Assembly (NCBI GenBank): GCA_001464695.1
Contig: LNDQ01000116.1
Coordinates: forward strand, 6,884 to 70,883
DNA length: 64,000 nucleotides
Direction of reading: 5' to 3'
Origin: Betaproteobacteria bacterium Ga0077523
Lineage (GTDB): Bacteria; Pseudomonadota; Gammaproteobacteria; Burkholderiales; Ga0077523
Position 1 is the first letter of the stretch. Every line of letters starts with the position of its first letter. Under the pieces are notes generated by a model. That model was not told the DNA's origin and did not search any database. It saw nothing but the letters and a program-made list of their open reading frames with translations. Both the position numbers and the translations under genes were made by a program. Shown here one piece after another: positions 45,905 through 55,588 of the stretch.

Positions 45905-46741
45905 ATGAGCCTCGCCCTGCGCCGCCACACCGTCCTTCCCGGATTCGGGATCGCGCTCGGGTTCACGTTGCTGTACCTCTGCCTGATCGTCCTGATTCCG
46001 CTGTCGGCGACGTTCCTCAAGACTTTCTCGCTCACATGGGATGCGTTCTGGACCGCGGTGACCGCACCGCGGGTGTTGGCGTCGTATCGCCTCACTTTCG
46101 GCGCGTCGTTCCTGGCGGCAGGGATCAACGCAGTGTTCGGGCTGCTCGTGGCTTGGGTCCTGGTGCGCTACCGGTTTCCCGGCAAGCGGATCATCGACGC
46201 CTTCGTCGATCTGCCCTTCGCATTGCCCACGGCGGTCGCAGGAATCGCGCTGGCGGCCGTGTATTCGACCAACGGCTGGATCGGCAGTCTGTTCGTGCCT
46301 TACGGCATCAAGATCGCGTTCACGCCGCTCGGCGTACTGGTGGCGCTGACGTTCATCGGCCTGCCGTTCGTGGTGCGCACGGTGCAGCCGGTCCTCGAGG
46401 ATCTCGAGCCTGAGCTCGAGGAGGCGGCCGCGACGCTGGGTGCGTCGCGACTGCAGACCTTCACGAAGATCGTCTTTCCGACGCTGCTGCCGGCATTGCT
46501 TACCGGCTTCGCGCTCGCGTTCGCGCGGGCCATCGGTGAGTACGGGTCGGTCATCTTCATCGCCGGAAACCTGCCCATGGTGTCGGAAATCACGCCGCTC
46601 CTGATCATCACCAAGCTGGAGCAGTACGACTACGCCGGCGCCACGGCGCTGGCGGTCGTGATGTTGCTCATCTCCTTCACGCTTCTGCTCATCATCAACC
46701 TGCTGCAGTGGTGGGCGCGCCGCCGCCGCGCCGCGCCGTAA
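45905..46741 (+). CDS. cysT: Sulfate ABC transporter permease CysT
   Basis: Polytopic protein with ..[28 protein letters not shown].., following sbp. Confidence 0.9.
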   Translation: MSLALRRHTVLPGFGIALGFTLLYLCLIVLIPLSATFLKTFSLTWDAFWTAVTAPRVLASYRLTFGASFLAAGINAVFGLLVAWVLVRYRFPGKRIIDAFVDLPFALPTAVAGIALAAVYSTNGWIGSLFVPYGIKIAFTPLGVLVALTFIGLPFVVRTVQPVLEDLEPELEEAAATLGASRLQTFTKIVFPTLLPALLTGFALAFARAIGEYGSVIFIAGNLPMVSEITPLLIITKLEQYDYAGATALAVVMLLISFTLLLIINLLQWWARRRRAAP

Positions 46742-46762
46742 GAGCGCCGCCCACCGACCACC

Positions 46763-47632
46763 ATGACCGAAGCCGTCCTCGATCCCCGTTTCACCTTGCC
46801 CGTTCGCACGGTCGAGAAGGCCACAGCCGAACCGCGGTGGGTGCGCCTGGTGCTGATCGGACTGGCGCTCGCCTTTCTCGGGATCTTCCTGTTCGTCCCG
46901 CTGGCGGCGGTGTTCTACGAAGCTCTGCGCAAGGGCGTGGTCGTCTACTGGCAGGCCGTGATCGAGCCCGATGCGCTGGCAGCGGTCCGCCTGACGCTGC
47001 TCGCTGCCGCCATCTCCGTGCCGCTCAACCTGGTGTTCGGCGTGGCGGCCGCCTGGGCCATCGCCAAGTTCGAGTTCCGCGGCAAGAACCTGCTGATCAC
47101 GCTGATCGACTTGCCGTTCTCCGTTTCACCGGTGATCGCGGGGCTCATCTTCGTGCTGGTGTTCGGCCTGCAGGGCTGGTTCGGCGAATGGCTCCGCGAT
47201 CACGACCTCAAGGTCATCTTCGCAGTGCCCGGCATCGTGCTCGCGACCATCTTCGTGACCTTCCCGTTCGTCGCCCGTGAACTGATTCCGCTCATGCAGG
47301 CGCAAGGGACGGAAGAGGAGGAGGCCGCCGTCGTTCTGGGTGCTAGCGGCTGGCAGACGCTATGGCGGGTGACCCTGCCGAACGTGAAGTGGGGTCTGCT
47401 CTATGGCGTGATCCTCAGCAACGCCCGGGCGATGGGTGAATTCGGTGCCGTTTCGGTGGTGTCCGGCCATATTCGCGGCCTGACCAACACGCTGCCGCTG
47501 CACGTGGAGATTCTCTACAACGAGTACCAGTTTGCCGCGGCCTTCGCGACGGCTTCGTTGCTGGCGCTGCTGGCGTTGGTGACGCTGGTGCTGAAGGCCG
47601 TGGTGGAACGGCGGTTCGGTGATGGTGGATGA
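46763..47632 (+). CDS. cysW: Sulfate ABC transporter permease CysW
   Basis: Polytopic protein with ..[28 protein letters not shown].., second permease of the set. Confidence 0.9.
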   Translation: MTEAVLDPRFTLPVRTVEKATAEPRWVRLVLIGLALAFLGIFLFVPLAAVFYEALRKGVVVYWQAVIEPDALAAVRLTLLAAAISVPLNLVFGVAAAWAIAKFEFRGKNLLITLIDLPFSVSPVIAGLIFVLVFGLQGWFGEWLRDHDLKVIFAVPGIVLATIFVTFPFVARELIPLMQAQGTEEEEAAVVLGASGWQTLWRVTLPNVKWGLLYGVILSNARAMGEFGAVSVVSGHIRGLTNTLPLHVEILYNEYQFAAAFATASLLALLALVTLVLKAVVERRFGDGG

Positions 47633-47636
47633 AGTC

Positions 47637-47780
47637 CTTCCCTCACCCCAACCCCTCTCCCGAGGGGAGAGGGGCTTTGCACCCCTCGCCCTCCGGGAGA
47701 GGTTGGCTGCGCCAACCTCGTCGAGGTGAATGGTGGCATCCCTCTCCCTCCGGGAGAGGGATGGAGGGTGAGGGAAAAAA
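47637..47780. repeat. Family A composite palindromic element inside the cysW-cysA junction
   Basis: ccctcaccccaacccctctcccgaggggagagggg ... gttggctgcgccaacctc..aatggtggc ... ccctctccctccgggagagggatggagggtgagggaaaa. It uses the same modules as 1-131. Confidence 0.85.
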
Positions 47781-47795
47781 CGTAGGAGCGAATAG

Positions 47796-48854
47796 ATGAG
47801 CATCGAAGTCAAGAACGTGAACCGGCGCTTCGGCAGCTTTGCCGCGCTCGATGACGTCAGCCTGGAGGTGCAGACCGGCGAACTGCTGGCGTTGCTCGGA
47901 CCTTCCGGCTCCGGCAAGACCACACTTCTGCGGGTAATCGCCGGCCTGGAGACGGTCGATTCCGGTCAGGTGCTGTTCCACGGCGAGGATGCCACCAGCC
48001 AGCACGTGCGCGAGCGCCGCGTCGGGTTCGTGTTCCAGCACTACGCGCTGTTCCGCCACATGAGCATCTTCGAGAACGTGGCGTTCGGGTTGCGCGTGAG
48101 GCCGAAACAGGAACGGCCGTCAGAGTCGGAGATCCGGCGCAGGGTGATGGAACTGCTGGAACTGGTGCAGCTCGACTGGCTCGCGGACCGTTACCCGCAT
48201 CAGCTCTCCGGCGGGCAACGTCAGCGCATCGCGCTGGCGCGCGCACTGGCTGTCGAGCCGCGCGTGCTGCTGCTCGACGAACCGTTCGGGGCATTGGACG
48301 CCAAGGTCCGCAAGGAATTGCGCAGTTGGCTGCGGCGGTTGCACGACGAGATGCACATCACCAGCGTGTTCGTCACCCACGACCAGGACGAAGCCCTGGA
48401 GGTCTCCGACCGGGTGGTGGTGATGAACGAAGGTCGCATTCAGCAGGTGGGCACGCCGCAGGAGGTCTACGACCATCCGGTCAATGCGTTCGTCTACCAG
48501 TTTCTCGGGAACGTGAATCTGTTCCATGGTCGCATGGACGAGGGCACGGCGCTGATCGGCCCGGCCGGGCTGCCGGTGCCGGCGCATGGGTCAGTGGGCG
48601 TCGGTGCGGCCGTTGCGTACGCACGCCCGCACGACATCGAGGTGGTGCGACCGAAGCTCGGCGAGCTGGGCATCGCGGCGCGGGTCGAACACCTGCTCGC
48701 GGTAGGGCCGATCGTGCGCGTGGACCTGCGGCCCGACGACAGTGGCGCGCCGATCCACGCGGAGATTCCGCGCGATCAGGCGGCTCATCTGGCGCTGGTG
48801 GCGGGGGACCGGGTGCTGGTGCGGCCGCGGCAGGTGCGGGTTTTCGCTACTTGA
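47796..48854 (+). CDS. cysA: Sulfate/thiosulfate ABC transporter ATP-binding protein CysA
   Basis: Walker [13 protein letters not shown], signature [15 protein letters not shown], Walker [12 protein letters not shown], and a C-terminal regulatory domain. 352 aa. Confidence 0.9.
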   Translation: MSIEVKNVNRRFGSFAALDDVSLEVQTGELLALLGPSGSGKTTLLRVIAGLETVDSGQVLFHGEDATSQHVRERRVGFVFQHYALFRHMSIFENVAFGLRVRPKQERPSESEIRRRVMELLELVQLDWLADRYPHQLSGGQRQRIALARALAVEPRVLLLDEPFGALDAKVRKELRSWLRRLHDEMHITSVFVTHDQDEALEVSDRVVVMNEGRIQQVGTPQEVYDHPVNAFVYQFLGNVNLFHGRMDEGTALIGPAGLPVPAHGSVGVGAAVAYARPHDIEVVRPKLGELGIAARVEHLLAVGPIVRVDLRPDDSGAPIHAEIPRDQAAHLALVAGDRVLVRPRQVRVFAT

Positions 48855-48888
48855 GACCGGTGACGAAAGGCAGGATCAACATCTTGAA

Positions 48889-49030
48889 ACACGAAGGACA
48901 CGAAGGACACGAAGGACACGAAGGACACGAAGGACACGAAGGACACGAAGGACACGAAGGTCGATCGTCGATTCATGATCAGAGATTGCCTTCGTGGTCT
49001 TCTCCTTCGTGCTCTTCGCGTCCTTCGTGG
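48889..49030. repeat. 9-bp tandem array (ACGAAGGAC, about 7.8 copies, 48889-48960) with downstream inverted degenerate copies (CCTTCGTG, 48989-49030)
   Basis: Read directly from the sequence. ORFs translating it as HEGHEG.. or TRRTRR.. are artefacts. Confidence 0.9.
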
Positions 49031-49165
49031 TGAAAGCGCTTGTCTTCCCCTAATTCCATTCCGCTCTAAGCAAACGTGAAACCAGTTGTTCTGCCACGAC
49101 TCCCTGCCAGATAGAGTTCCGGGTCCACCACGAGCGGGATAGCGCTCGCCCGCACCAAAGGCTCC

Positions 49166-50860
49166 ATGTACCGTTACGACACCATCGACCGCACACTCGT
49201 CAACGAGAGGGTCGAGCAATACCGCGATCAGCTTGCCCGGCACCTGTCCGGTGAATTGAGCGAGGACGAGTTCCGTCCGCTGCGTCTGCAGAACGGCCTC
49301 TACATCCAGCGCCATGCCCCCATGCTGCGCGTGGCCATTCCCTACGGCCTGCTCTCGGCAACGCAGCTGCGCATGCTGGCCCACATCGCGCGCAAGTACG
49401 ACCGCGGATTCGGCCATTTCACGACGCGCCAGAACATCCAGTACAACTGGCCGAAGCTGGAGGACAGCGCCGACATACTCGCCGATCTCGCCTCGGTCGA
49501 AATGCACGCGATCCAGACCAGCGGCAACTGTGTGCGCAACATCACCTCCGACGAGTTCGCCGGCATCGCACCCGACGAGATCGTCGATCCGCGGCCGCTG
49601 TCCGAGATCCTGCGGCAGTGGTCGACGTTCCATCCCGAGTTCGCGTTCCTGCCGCGCAAGTTCAAGATCGCGGTGAACGGCGCCGTCGAGGACCGTGCCG
49701 CCACGGCGTTCCACGACATCGGCTTGTACGTTTTGCGCGACATCGAGGGCGAGTTGGGCGTGCGCGTGCTGGTGGGCGGCGGCATGGGCCGCACACCGAT
49801 CATCGGCCATGTGATCCGCGACTTCCTGCCCTGGAAACACGCGCTCACCTACGTGGAAGCGATCCTGCGCGTGTACAACCGCTACGGCCGGCGCGACAAC
49901 ATGTACAAGGCGCGCATCAAGATCCTGGTGAAGGCGCTGGGTCCGGAAGAGTTCACGCGGCAGGTGGAAGAGGAATGGGTCGAGGTGAAGGACGGCCCGG
50001 GCACTCTCACCCGTGAGGAACTCGACCGCGTATCGGCGTACTTTCCGCCGCCGGACTACGAACGCCTGTCCGACGTCGACGCCGATCACGAGCGGCTCCT
50101 GGTCGATAACGCCGCATTCTCCCGTTGGGTGGGCCGCAGCGTCCGGCCCCACCGCGTGGCGGGTTATCGCTCCGTCGTGCTGTCGCTCAAGAAGACCGGC
50201 GTGCCGCCGGGAGATGCGACGGCCGAACAGATGGAGACGGTTGCGGACTGGTCCGAGCGTTTCGGTTTCGGCGAGATCCGCGTGTCCCACGAACAGAACC
50301 TGATCCTGTCCGACGTGCGTGTGCGCGACCTCCATACGCTCTGGCTCGAAGCCAAGGCCGCCGGTCTCGCGACGCCGAACATCGGCCTGATCACCGACAT
50401 CATCGCCTGCCCGGGCGGTGACTTCTGCTCGCTTGCAAACGCGAAATCCATCCCCATTGCAGAAGCCATCCAGAGGCGTTTCGACGACCTCGACTACATC
50501 CACGACATCGGTGAGCTCAACATCAACATCTCGGGCTGCATGAATTCCTGCGGACATCACCACGCCGGCCATATCGGCATCCTCGGCGTCGACAAGGACG
50601 GGGAGGAGTGGTACCAGGTGTCGCTCGGCGGTGCTGACGGTTCCGCCGCCGGCCATGGCCGCTCGGCCATCGGCAAGGTGATCGGCCCTTCGTTCAAGGC
50701 CGACGACATGCCTGACGTCATTTCCAAGCTCGTCGATACCTTCGTGGAACTGCGCGACGAGGGCGAGCGGTTCATCGACGCGGTCGATCGACTGGGCTCG
50801 GCCCCGTTCAAGGCGCGCGTGTACGCGACCAAGCATGAGAAGGAGGCACTCGATGCCTGA
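49166..50860 (+). CDS. cysI: Sulfite reductase hemoprotein (nitrite/sulfite reductase family)
   Basis: Siroheme/4Fe-4S cysteine motifs IIACPGGDFCSLA and ISGCMNSCGHHH. 564 aa, in cys-cluster context. Confidence 0.85.
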   Translation: MYRYDTIDRTLVNERVEQYRDQLARHLSGELSEDEFRPLRLQNGLYIQRHAPMLRVAIPYGLLSATQLRMLAHIARKYDRGFGHFTTRQNIQYNWPKLEDSADILADLASVEMHAIQTSGNCVRNITSDEFAGIAPDEIVDPRPLSEILRQWSTFHPEFAFLPRKFKIAVNGAVEDRAATAFHDIGLYVLRDIEGELGVRVLVGGGMGRTPIIGHVIRDFLPWKHALTYVEAILRVYNRYGRRDNMYKARIKILVKALGPEEFTRQVEEEWVEVKDGPGTLTREELDRVSAYFPPPDYERLSDVDADHERLLVDNAAFSRWVGRSVRPHRVAGYRSVVLSLKKTGVPPGDATAEQMETVADWSERFGFGEIRVSHEQNLILSDVRVRDLHTLWLEAKAAGLATPNIGLITDIIACPGGDFCSLANAKSIPIAEAIQRRFDDLDYIHDIGELNINISGCMNSCGHHHAGHIGILGVDKDGEEWYQVSLGGADGSAAGHGRSAIGKVIGPSFKADDMPDVISKLVDTFVELRDEGERFIDAVDRLGSAPFKARVYATKHEKEALDA

Positions 50861-51404
50861 GATCATTCGCAAAGGTGCCGTCGTCCAGGACGACTGGCTG
50901 GTCGTACGGCCGGCAGCCGAGCAACCCGTCAATGAACTTCCGCCCGGACGCATCATCGTTCCGCTTGCTACGTGGCTGGCGCACGCGGAAGCGCTGCTCG
51001 CGCGCGGTAGCGTCGGCGTGTGGCTGGCGGGCACGGACGATCCCGCGCAGATCGCCCCCTGGCTCGAACGCCTGTCGCTCGTGGCCGTGGACTTCCCCAA
51101 GTTCACGGACGGCCGCGGGTTCTCCATCGCCTACCTGTTGCGCTCGCGCTTTGGTTGGCGTGGTGAACTTCGCGCCATCGGCGACGTGCTGCCCGACCAG
51201 GTCTTCTACATGCAGCGCGTCGGTTTCGATGCTTTCGCGGTGCGCTCCGATCGCAGCGTCGCCACCGCTTTGCGGGCACTCAAGACTTTCAGCGACGCGT
51301 ATCAGGGCTCGTGGGACAACGCGGTGCCGGCTTTCCGGCGTGCCGACCGTCCGTGGCCGGAATCCCTCGGTCAGGGCTCGCTGAAAGCGCGCCAGCAGGC
51401 TTGA
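50853..51404 (+). CDS. DUF934 domain protein (sulfite-reductase-associated)
   Basis: ATG 50853 overlaps the end of cysI. ..VAVDFPKFTDGRGFSIAYLLRSRFGWRGELRAIGDVLPDQ.. is typical of DUF934, which commonly follows cysI in betaproteobacteria. Confidence 0.75.
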   Translation: MPEIIRKGAVVQDDWLVVRPAAEQPVNELPPGRIIVPLATWLAHAEALLARGSVGVWLAGTDDPAQIAPWLERLSLVAVDFPKFTDGRGFSIAYLLRSRFGWRGELRAIGDVLPDQVFYMQRVGFDAFAVRSDRSVATALRALKTFSDAYQGSWDNAVPAFRRADRPWPESLGQGSLKARQQA

Positions 51405-51406
51405 GC

Positions 51407-52150
51407 ATGACTGCCGTTGCCACAGCCGGCGCCGTCGCCGGCAATGCTCCAGGCAACTTGCTGACGGATCGTCTGGAGGCGATCGCGCGCGGCTTCAAGC
51501 ACGTGGCGTTCGCGAGCAGCCTCGGTGCGGAAGACATGGTGCTGACCGATGCGATCCTGCGCGCCGGTCTGCCCATCGAGATCTTCACGCTCGAGACCGG
51601 GCGCCTGCACCCCGAGACGCTCGCCGTCGTGGCACGTATCAAGGCCCGCTACGGCCATGACGTGACGCTGGTGCGCCCGGATGCGGCTGCCGTGGACGCG
51701 TACGTTCGTGAGCATGGTGCCAACGCGTTCTACGAGTCGGTGGAACTGCGCAAGGCCTGCTGCCGTATCCGCAAGGTCGAACCGCTTGCCCGCGCACTGG
51801 CCGGCAAGGATGCATGGGTTACCGGCCTGCGTCGCGCGCAGTCCACGACCCGCACCGACCTCGCGCTGCGCGAGGACGATGCCGTGCATGGCATCGCCAA
51901 GTTCAACCCGCTCGCCGACTGGAGCGAGCCCGAGGTCTGGGCCTACATCCGAGAACACGACGTGCCCTACAACGTGCTGCATGACCGCGGCTATCCCTCC
52001 ATCGGGTGCGAGCCTTGCACCCGTGCCATCAAGCCCGGCGAGGACATCCGTGCCGGCCGCTGGTGGTGGGAGAACCAGGACAGCAAGGAATGCGGCCTGC
52101 ACGTGGCCCCCGATGGAACCCTGCAACGCGCCGGAGCGCATCGCCCGTGA
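51407..52150 (+). CDS. cysH: Phosphoadenylyl/adenylyl-sulfate reductase, Fe-S (APS reductase) type
   Basis: ECGLH motif plus the cluster cysteines KACCRIRKV and GCEPCT, which distinguish APS-type CysH from E. coli-type PAPS reductase. Confidence 0.85.
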   Translation: MTAVATAGAVAGNAPGNLLTDRLEAIARGFKHVAFASSLGAEDMVLTDAILRAGLPIEIFTLETGRLHPETLAVVARIKARYGHDVTLVRPDAAAVDAYVREHGANAFYESVELRKACCRIRKVEPLARALAGKDAWVTGLRRAQSTTRTDLALREDDAVHGIAKFNPLADWSEPEVWAYIREHDVPYNVLHDRGYPSIGCEPCTRAIKPGEDIRAGRWWWENQDSKECGLHVAPDGTLQRAGAHRP

Positions 52151-53070
52151 TCGCCGACCTCGACCTCACCCGCACTCGCCTCGACCATCTCGACTGGCTC
52201 GAGTCCGAGGCCATCTACATCCTGCGCGAAGTGGCGGCCGAGTGTGCCAACCCCGCGTTGCTGTTCTCCGGCGGCAAGGACAGCTGCGTGCTGCTGCGCC
52301 TGGCGGAGAAGGCTTTTCGTCCGGCGAGTTTTCCGTTCCCGCTGATGCACATCGACACCGGGCACAACTTTCCCGAGGTGATCGCCTTTCGGGACGAACG
52401 CGTCGCGGAGTTGGGCGAACGATTGATCGTGCGTTCGGTGGAGGACTCCATCGCCCGCGGTACCGTCAAGCTGCGTGCCGAGACCGATTCGCGTAACGCG
52501 GCGCAGTCGGTGACGTTGCTCGAAGCCATCGCCGAGTTCGGCTTCGACGCCTGCATCGGCGGGGCCCGGCGCGACGAGGAAAAGGCGCGTGCGAAGGAGC
52601 GCGTGTTCTCGTTCCGCGATGAATTCGGCCAATGGGACCCGAAAGCCCAGCGCCCGGAGCTGTGGAACCTCTATAACGCCCGCGTGCACAAAGGCGAGAA
52701 CGTGCGCGTGTTCCCCATCTCCAACTGGACCGAGCTCGATGTCTGGCAATACATTGCCCGCGAGAAGCTGGCGCTACCATCGCTGTACTACGCCCACCGT
52801 CGTGAGGTCATTGCGCGCAACGGCCTGCTGGTGCCGGTGACGCCGATCACGCCACCGCGTGCCGGCGAAACCGTGGAGACGCGCACCGTGCGTTTTCGGA
52901 CCGTGGGCGACATCAGCTGCACGTGCCCGGTCGCGAGCGATGCGGACACGGCGGAGGCCATCGTGGCAGAGACCGTCGTCACCGAGATCACGGAACGAGG
53001 TGCGACGCGCATGGACGATCAGACTTCCGATGCGTCGATGGAGCGCAGGAAGAAAGAGGGTTACTTTTGA
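52147..53070 (+). CDS. cysD: Sulfate adenylyltransferase subunit 2
   Basis: ..LESEAIYILREVAAECANPALLFSGGKDS..GGARRDEEKARAKERVFSFRD..KKEGYF parallels E. coli CysD. GTG 52147 overlaps the cysH stop. Confidence 0.9.
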   Translation: MIADLDLTRTRLDHLDWLESEAIYILREVAAECANPALLFSGGKDSCVLLRLAEKAFRPASFPFPLMHIDTGHNFPEVIAFRDERVAELGERLIVRSVEDSIARGTVKLRAETDSRNAAQSVTLLEAIAEFGFDACIGGARRDEEKARAKERVFSFRDEFGQWDPKAQRPELWNLYNARVHKGENVRVFPISNWTELDVWQYIAREKLALPSLYYAHRREVIARNGLLVPVTPITPPRAGETVETRTVRFRTVGDISCTCPVASDADTAEAIVAETVVTEITERGATRMDDQTSDASMERRKKEGYF

Positions 53071-54380
53071 TGAACGCGCCGGTACATAGACCCGATCTGG
53101 AAGACCGCGGCGTCCTGCGCTTCATCACGGCCGGCAGTGTCGACGACGGCAAGAGCACGCTGATCGGACGCTTGCTGTACGAAGCCAAAGGCATCTTTGC
53201 CGACCAGCTGGCGGCGGTCACTCGCGCGACCCGCAAGCGCACGACCGGCGAAACCCTCGACCTCTCGCTGCTCACGGACGGGCTCGAAGCCGAGCGCGAA
53301 CAGGGCATCACCATCGATGTGGCCTACCGCTACTTCGCCAGCCCGGTGCGCAAGTTCATCATCGCCGACGCGCCCGGCCACGAGCAGTACACGCGCAACA
53401 TGGTCACCGGAGCGAGCACGGCGGACGCCGCGATCATCCTGATCGACGTCACGCGGGTCGGTACCGGCGAGCTGCTGCCGCAGACCAAACGGCATTCCGC
53501 GATTGCGAAGCTGCTCGGCATCCGTCATGTCATCGTCGCGGTGAACAAGATCGATCTGATGGGCTTCGACCAGGCCGTCTTCGAACACGTCCGTACAGAG
53601 TACGAGGCGATCGCGAAACAGCTCGGGCTCATCGACGTGCGCTACATTCCGATCAGCGCACTCGAAGGCGACAACGTGGTGCGCTCGAGCGAACGCACAC
53701 CTTGGTACGATGGCCCGCCGCTGCTCGAGCTCCTGGAGAATCTGCCGGCGGATCGGGCGGATGCGGACCTGCCGTTGCGCTATCCGGTGCAATTGGTGAT
53801 CCGTGCCAATGGCAGTACCGCGCAGGATTTCCGCGGCTATGCGGGGCAGGTCCGCTCCGGCACGATCAAGCGCGGGCAACGCGTACGAGTGCTGCCGGGC
53901 GGCGAGACGGCGACGGTCGAAACCATCGGGGCGTTCGACCACGATCTGGACGAAGCGGCTGCGGGACGTTCGGTCACCGTGCGACTGGATCGCGATGTGG
54001 ACATCTCGCGCGGCGATGTGTTGGTGGATGCCGACGACCATCCGGTCCTCGGGAAGCATTTTGAAGCGGAGTTGTGCTGGCTCGACCGCACGCCGCTCGA
54101 TCCGCGCCGCAAGTACCTCCTGCGCCACGGTGCCAAGACGGTGCAGGCGCGCATCGACGCCGTCGGCAACAAGCTCGACGTGCATTCGCTGTCGTCGACG
54201 GTGGCAGCTGAAACCCTGGTGATGAACGACATCGGGCGCGTATCGCTCACGGTGCAGCAGCCGTTCGTGTGCGACGCCTACGATGAACTGCCGGCCACCG
54301 GCGCCTTCATCCTGATCGATCCGACCACCAATCAGACGGCGGCCGCGGGGATGATCAGGAAAGTGGCGCAAGCATCATGA
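53070..54380 (+). CDS. cysN: Sulfate adenylyltransferase subunit 1 (GTPase), no APS-kinase domain
   Basis: LRFITAGSVDDGKSTLIGRLL, DAPGHEQYTRNM, NKIDL. 436 aa. ATG overlaps the cysD stop (TGATG). Confidence 0.9.
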   Translation: MNAPVHRPDLEDRGVLRFITAGSVDDGKSTLIGRLLYEAKGIFADQLAAVTRATRKRTTGETLDLSLLTDGLEAEREQGITIDVAYRYFASPVRKFIIADAPGHEQYTRNMVTGASTADAAIILIDVTRVGTGELLPQTKRHSAIAKLLGIRHVIVAVNKIDLMGFDQAVFEHVRTEYEAIAKQLGLIDVRYIPISALEGDNVVRSSERTPWYDGPPLLELLENLPADRADADLPLRYPVQLVIRANGSTAQDFRGYAGQVRSGTIKRGQRVRVLPGGETATVETIGAFDHDLDEAAAGRSVTVRLDRDVDISRGDVLVDADDHPVLGKHFEAELCWLDRTPLDPRRKYLLRHGAKTVQARIDAVGNKLDVHSLSSTVAAETLVMNDIGRVSLTVQQPFVCDAYDELPATGAFILIDPTTNQTAAAGMIRKVAQAS

Positions 54381-54411
54381 GCCGACGCAGCCTCGTCTTC
54401 GCGACCACGCC

Positions 54412-54540
54412 AAGCATTGGCACTCCTTCCCCCGTCGAAGATGGGGGAAGGTCGGGATGGGGGCATGCGTTCGCCCGACCGTCTGCAGCCCCCACCCTAA
54501 CCTTCCCCCACGACTGGGTCGCGGGGGAGGGGACTTACAT
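54412..54540. repeat. Family B hairpin elements, two units in opposite orientation
   Basis: ccttccccc-gtcgaagat-gggggaaggtcgggatggggg and cccccaccctaaccttccccc-acgactgggtcgc-gggggagggg. Confidence 0.85.
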
Positions 54541-54552
54541 CGCGGGCATCCA

Positions 54553-55308
54553 ATGAGCCGCGTCTATCTCGTAGGCGCTGGGCCAGGCGCCGCCGATCTC
54601 CTGACCGTACGCGCCGCGCGCCTTCTCGCCGCTGCCGACGTCGTTCTGCACGATGCCCTGGTCAGCGAAGACGTCCTCGCACTGGCCCCGCAAGCCGTGA
54701 AGATCGCCGTGGGAAAACGCGCCTGCCGCCCGTCGACGGCGCAACGCTTCATCAACAAGCAGATCGTCGATGCCGCGCGCAAATACGAGACGGTCGTCCG
54801 CCTGAAGGGCGGCGACCCGATGTTGTTTGGTCGCGCGGATGAGGAAATCGTCGCCCTCGAGGACGCCGGCATCGATTTCGAGATCGTGCCGGGCATCACG
54901 GCCGCGTTTGCGGCCGCCTCACAGTTGCGGACTTCGCTCACCCGTCGTGGCTTGTCGCGCAGCGTCGCGTTCGTGACGCCACGGGTGGGTGTCGATGAAT
55001 CCGAAAGCCAATGGAGCCGGGTAGCTGCCGCCGCAGACACGACCGTGCTCTACATGGCCGGCCGCGAAATCGCAGCGATCGCGGGCGAATTGATCGCGAA
55101 GGGTCGCGATGCATCGACGCCACTGGCAGCGGTGGAGAGCGCATCGTTGCCGGAACAGCGGAGCTGGTTGGGGACATTGGGTACGGCAGCGGCAGTCGGT
55201 GCCGCGATCGGCGATGGCCCCGTGCTGCTGATCGTGGGCGAAGTGCTGCGCGATTGCGCGGTGGCCGAGGTTGTGCCTGAGCTGATCGCGGCCGCTCGCG
55301 CGGCTTGA
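54553..55308 (+). CDS. cobA: Uroporphyrinogen-III C-methyltransferase (SUMT)
   Basis: MSRVYLVGAGPGAADLLTVRAARLLAAADVVLHDALV..RLKGGDPMLFGRADEE. 251 aa. Confidence 0.85.
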   Translation: MSRVYLVGAGPGAADLLTVRAARLLAAADVVLHDALVSEDVLALAPQAVKIAVGKRACRPSTAQRFINKQIVDAARKYETVVRLKGGDPMLFGRADEEIVALEDAGIDFEIVPGITAAFAAASQLRTSLTRRGLSRSVAFVTPRVGVDESESQWSRVAAAADTTVLYMAGREIAAIAGELIAKGRDASTPLAAVESASLPEQRSWLGTLGTAAAVGAAIGDGPVLLIVGEVLRDCAVAEVVPELIAAARAA

Positions 55309-55314
55309 GCGGGG

Positions 55315-55588
55315 GTTCGGGGCGGCTGGCCCCCATCCCAGCCTTCCCCCACGACTACGTCGCGGGGGAAGGAATGCACACAATCGGCACCCAGCCCATC
55401 GCAGGCACTCCTTCCCCCGTCGAAGATGGGGGAAAGCCGGGATGGGGGCTGGCGCCAACTACCCGCGCCGCTCGTCGCGGGGGAAGGAATGCACACAATC
55501 GGCACCCAGCCCATCGCAGGCACTCTTTCCCCCGTCGAAGATGGGGGAAGGCTGGGATGGGGGCCAGCTCGAACTACCCGCGCCGCTC
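55315..55588. repeat. Family B elements including a 115-bp tandem duplication (55359-55473 and 55474-55588)
   Basis: The unit gtcgcgggggaaggaatgcacacaatcggcacccagcccatcgcaggcactc[c/t]ttcccccgtcgaagatgggggaa..gggatggggg..aactacccgcgccgctc occurs twice. The end of the second copy encodes the last codons and stop of cbiX on the minus strand. Confidence 0.85.

Noticed and set aside
48326-49033. ORFs encoding HEGHEGHEG.. and TRRTRRTRR.. peptides.
   Set aside because: They are translations of the 9-bp tandem DNA repeat and overlap the 3' end of cysA out of frame. There is no start context.
11491-55588. Repeat families A, B and C, the 37-bp array and the 9-bp array considered as possible CRISPR arrays.
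   Set aside because: There is no regular repeat-spacer periodicity with unique spacers of 25-40 bp. Repeats are tandem without spacers or are dispersed palindromes. No cas genes are present.
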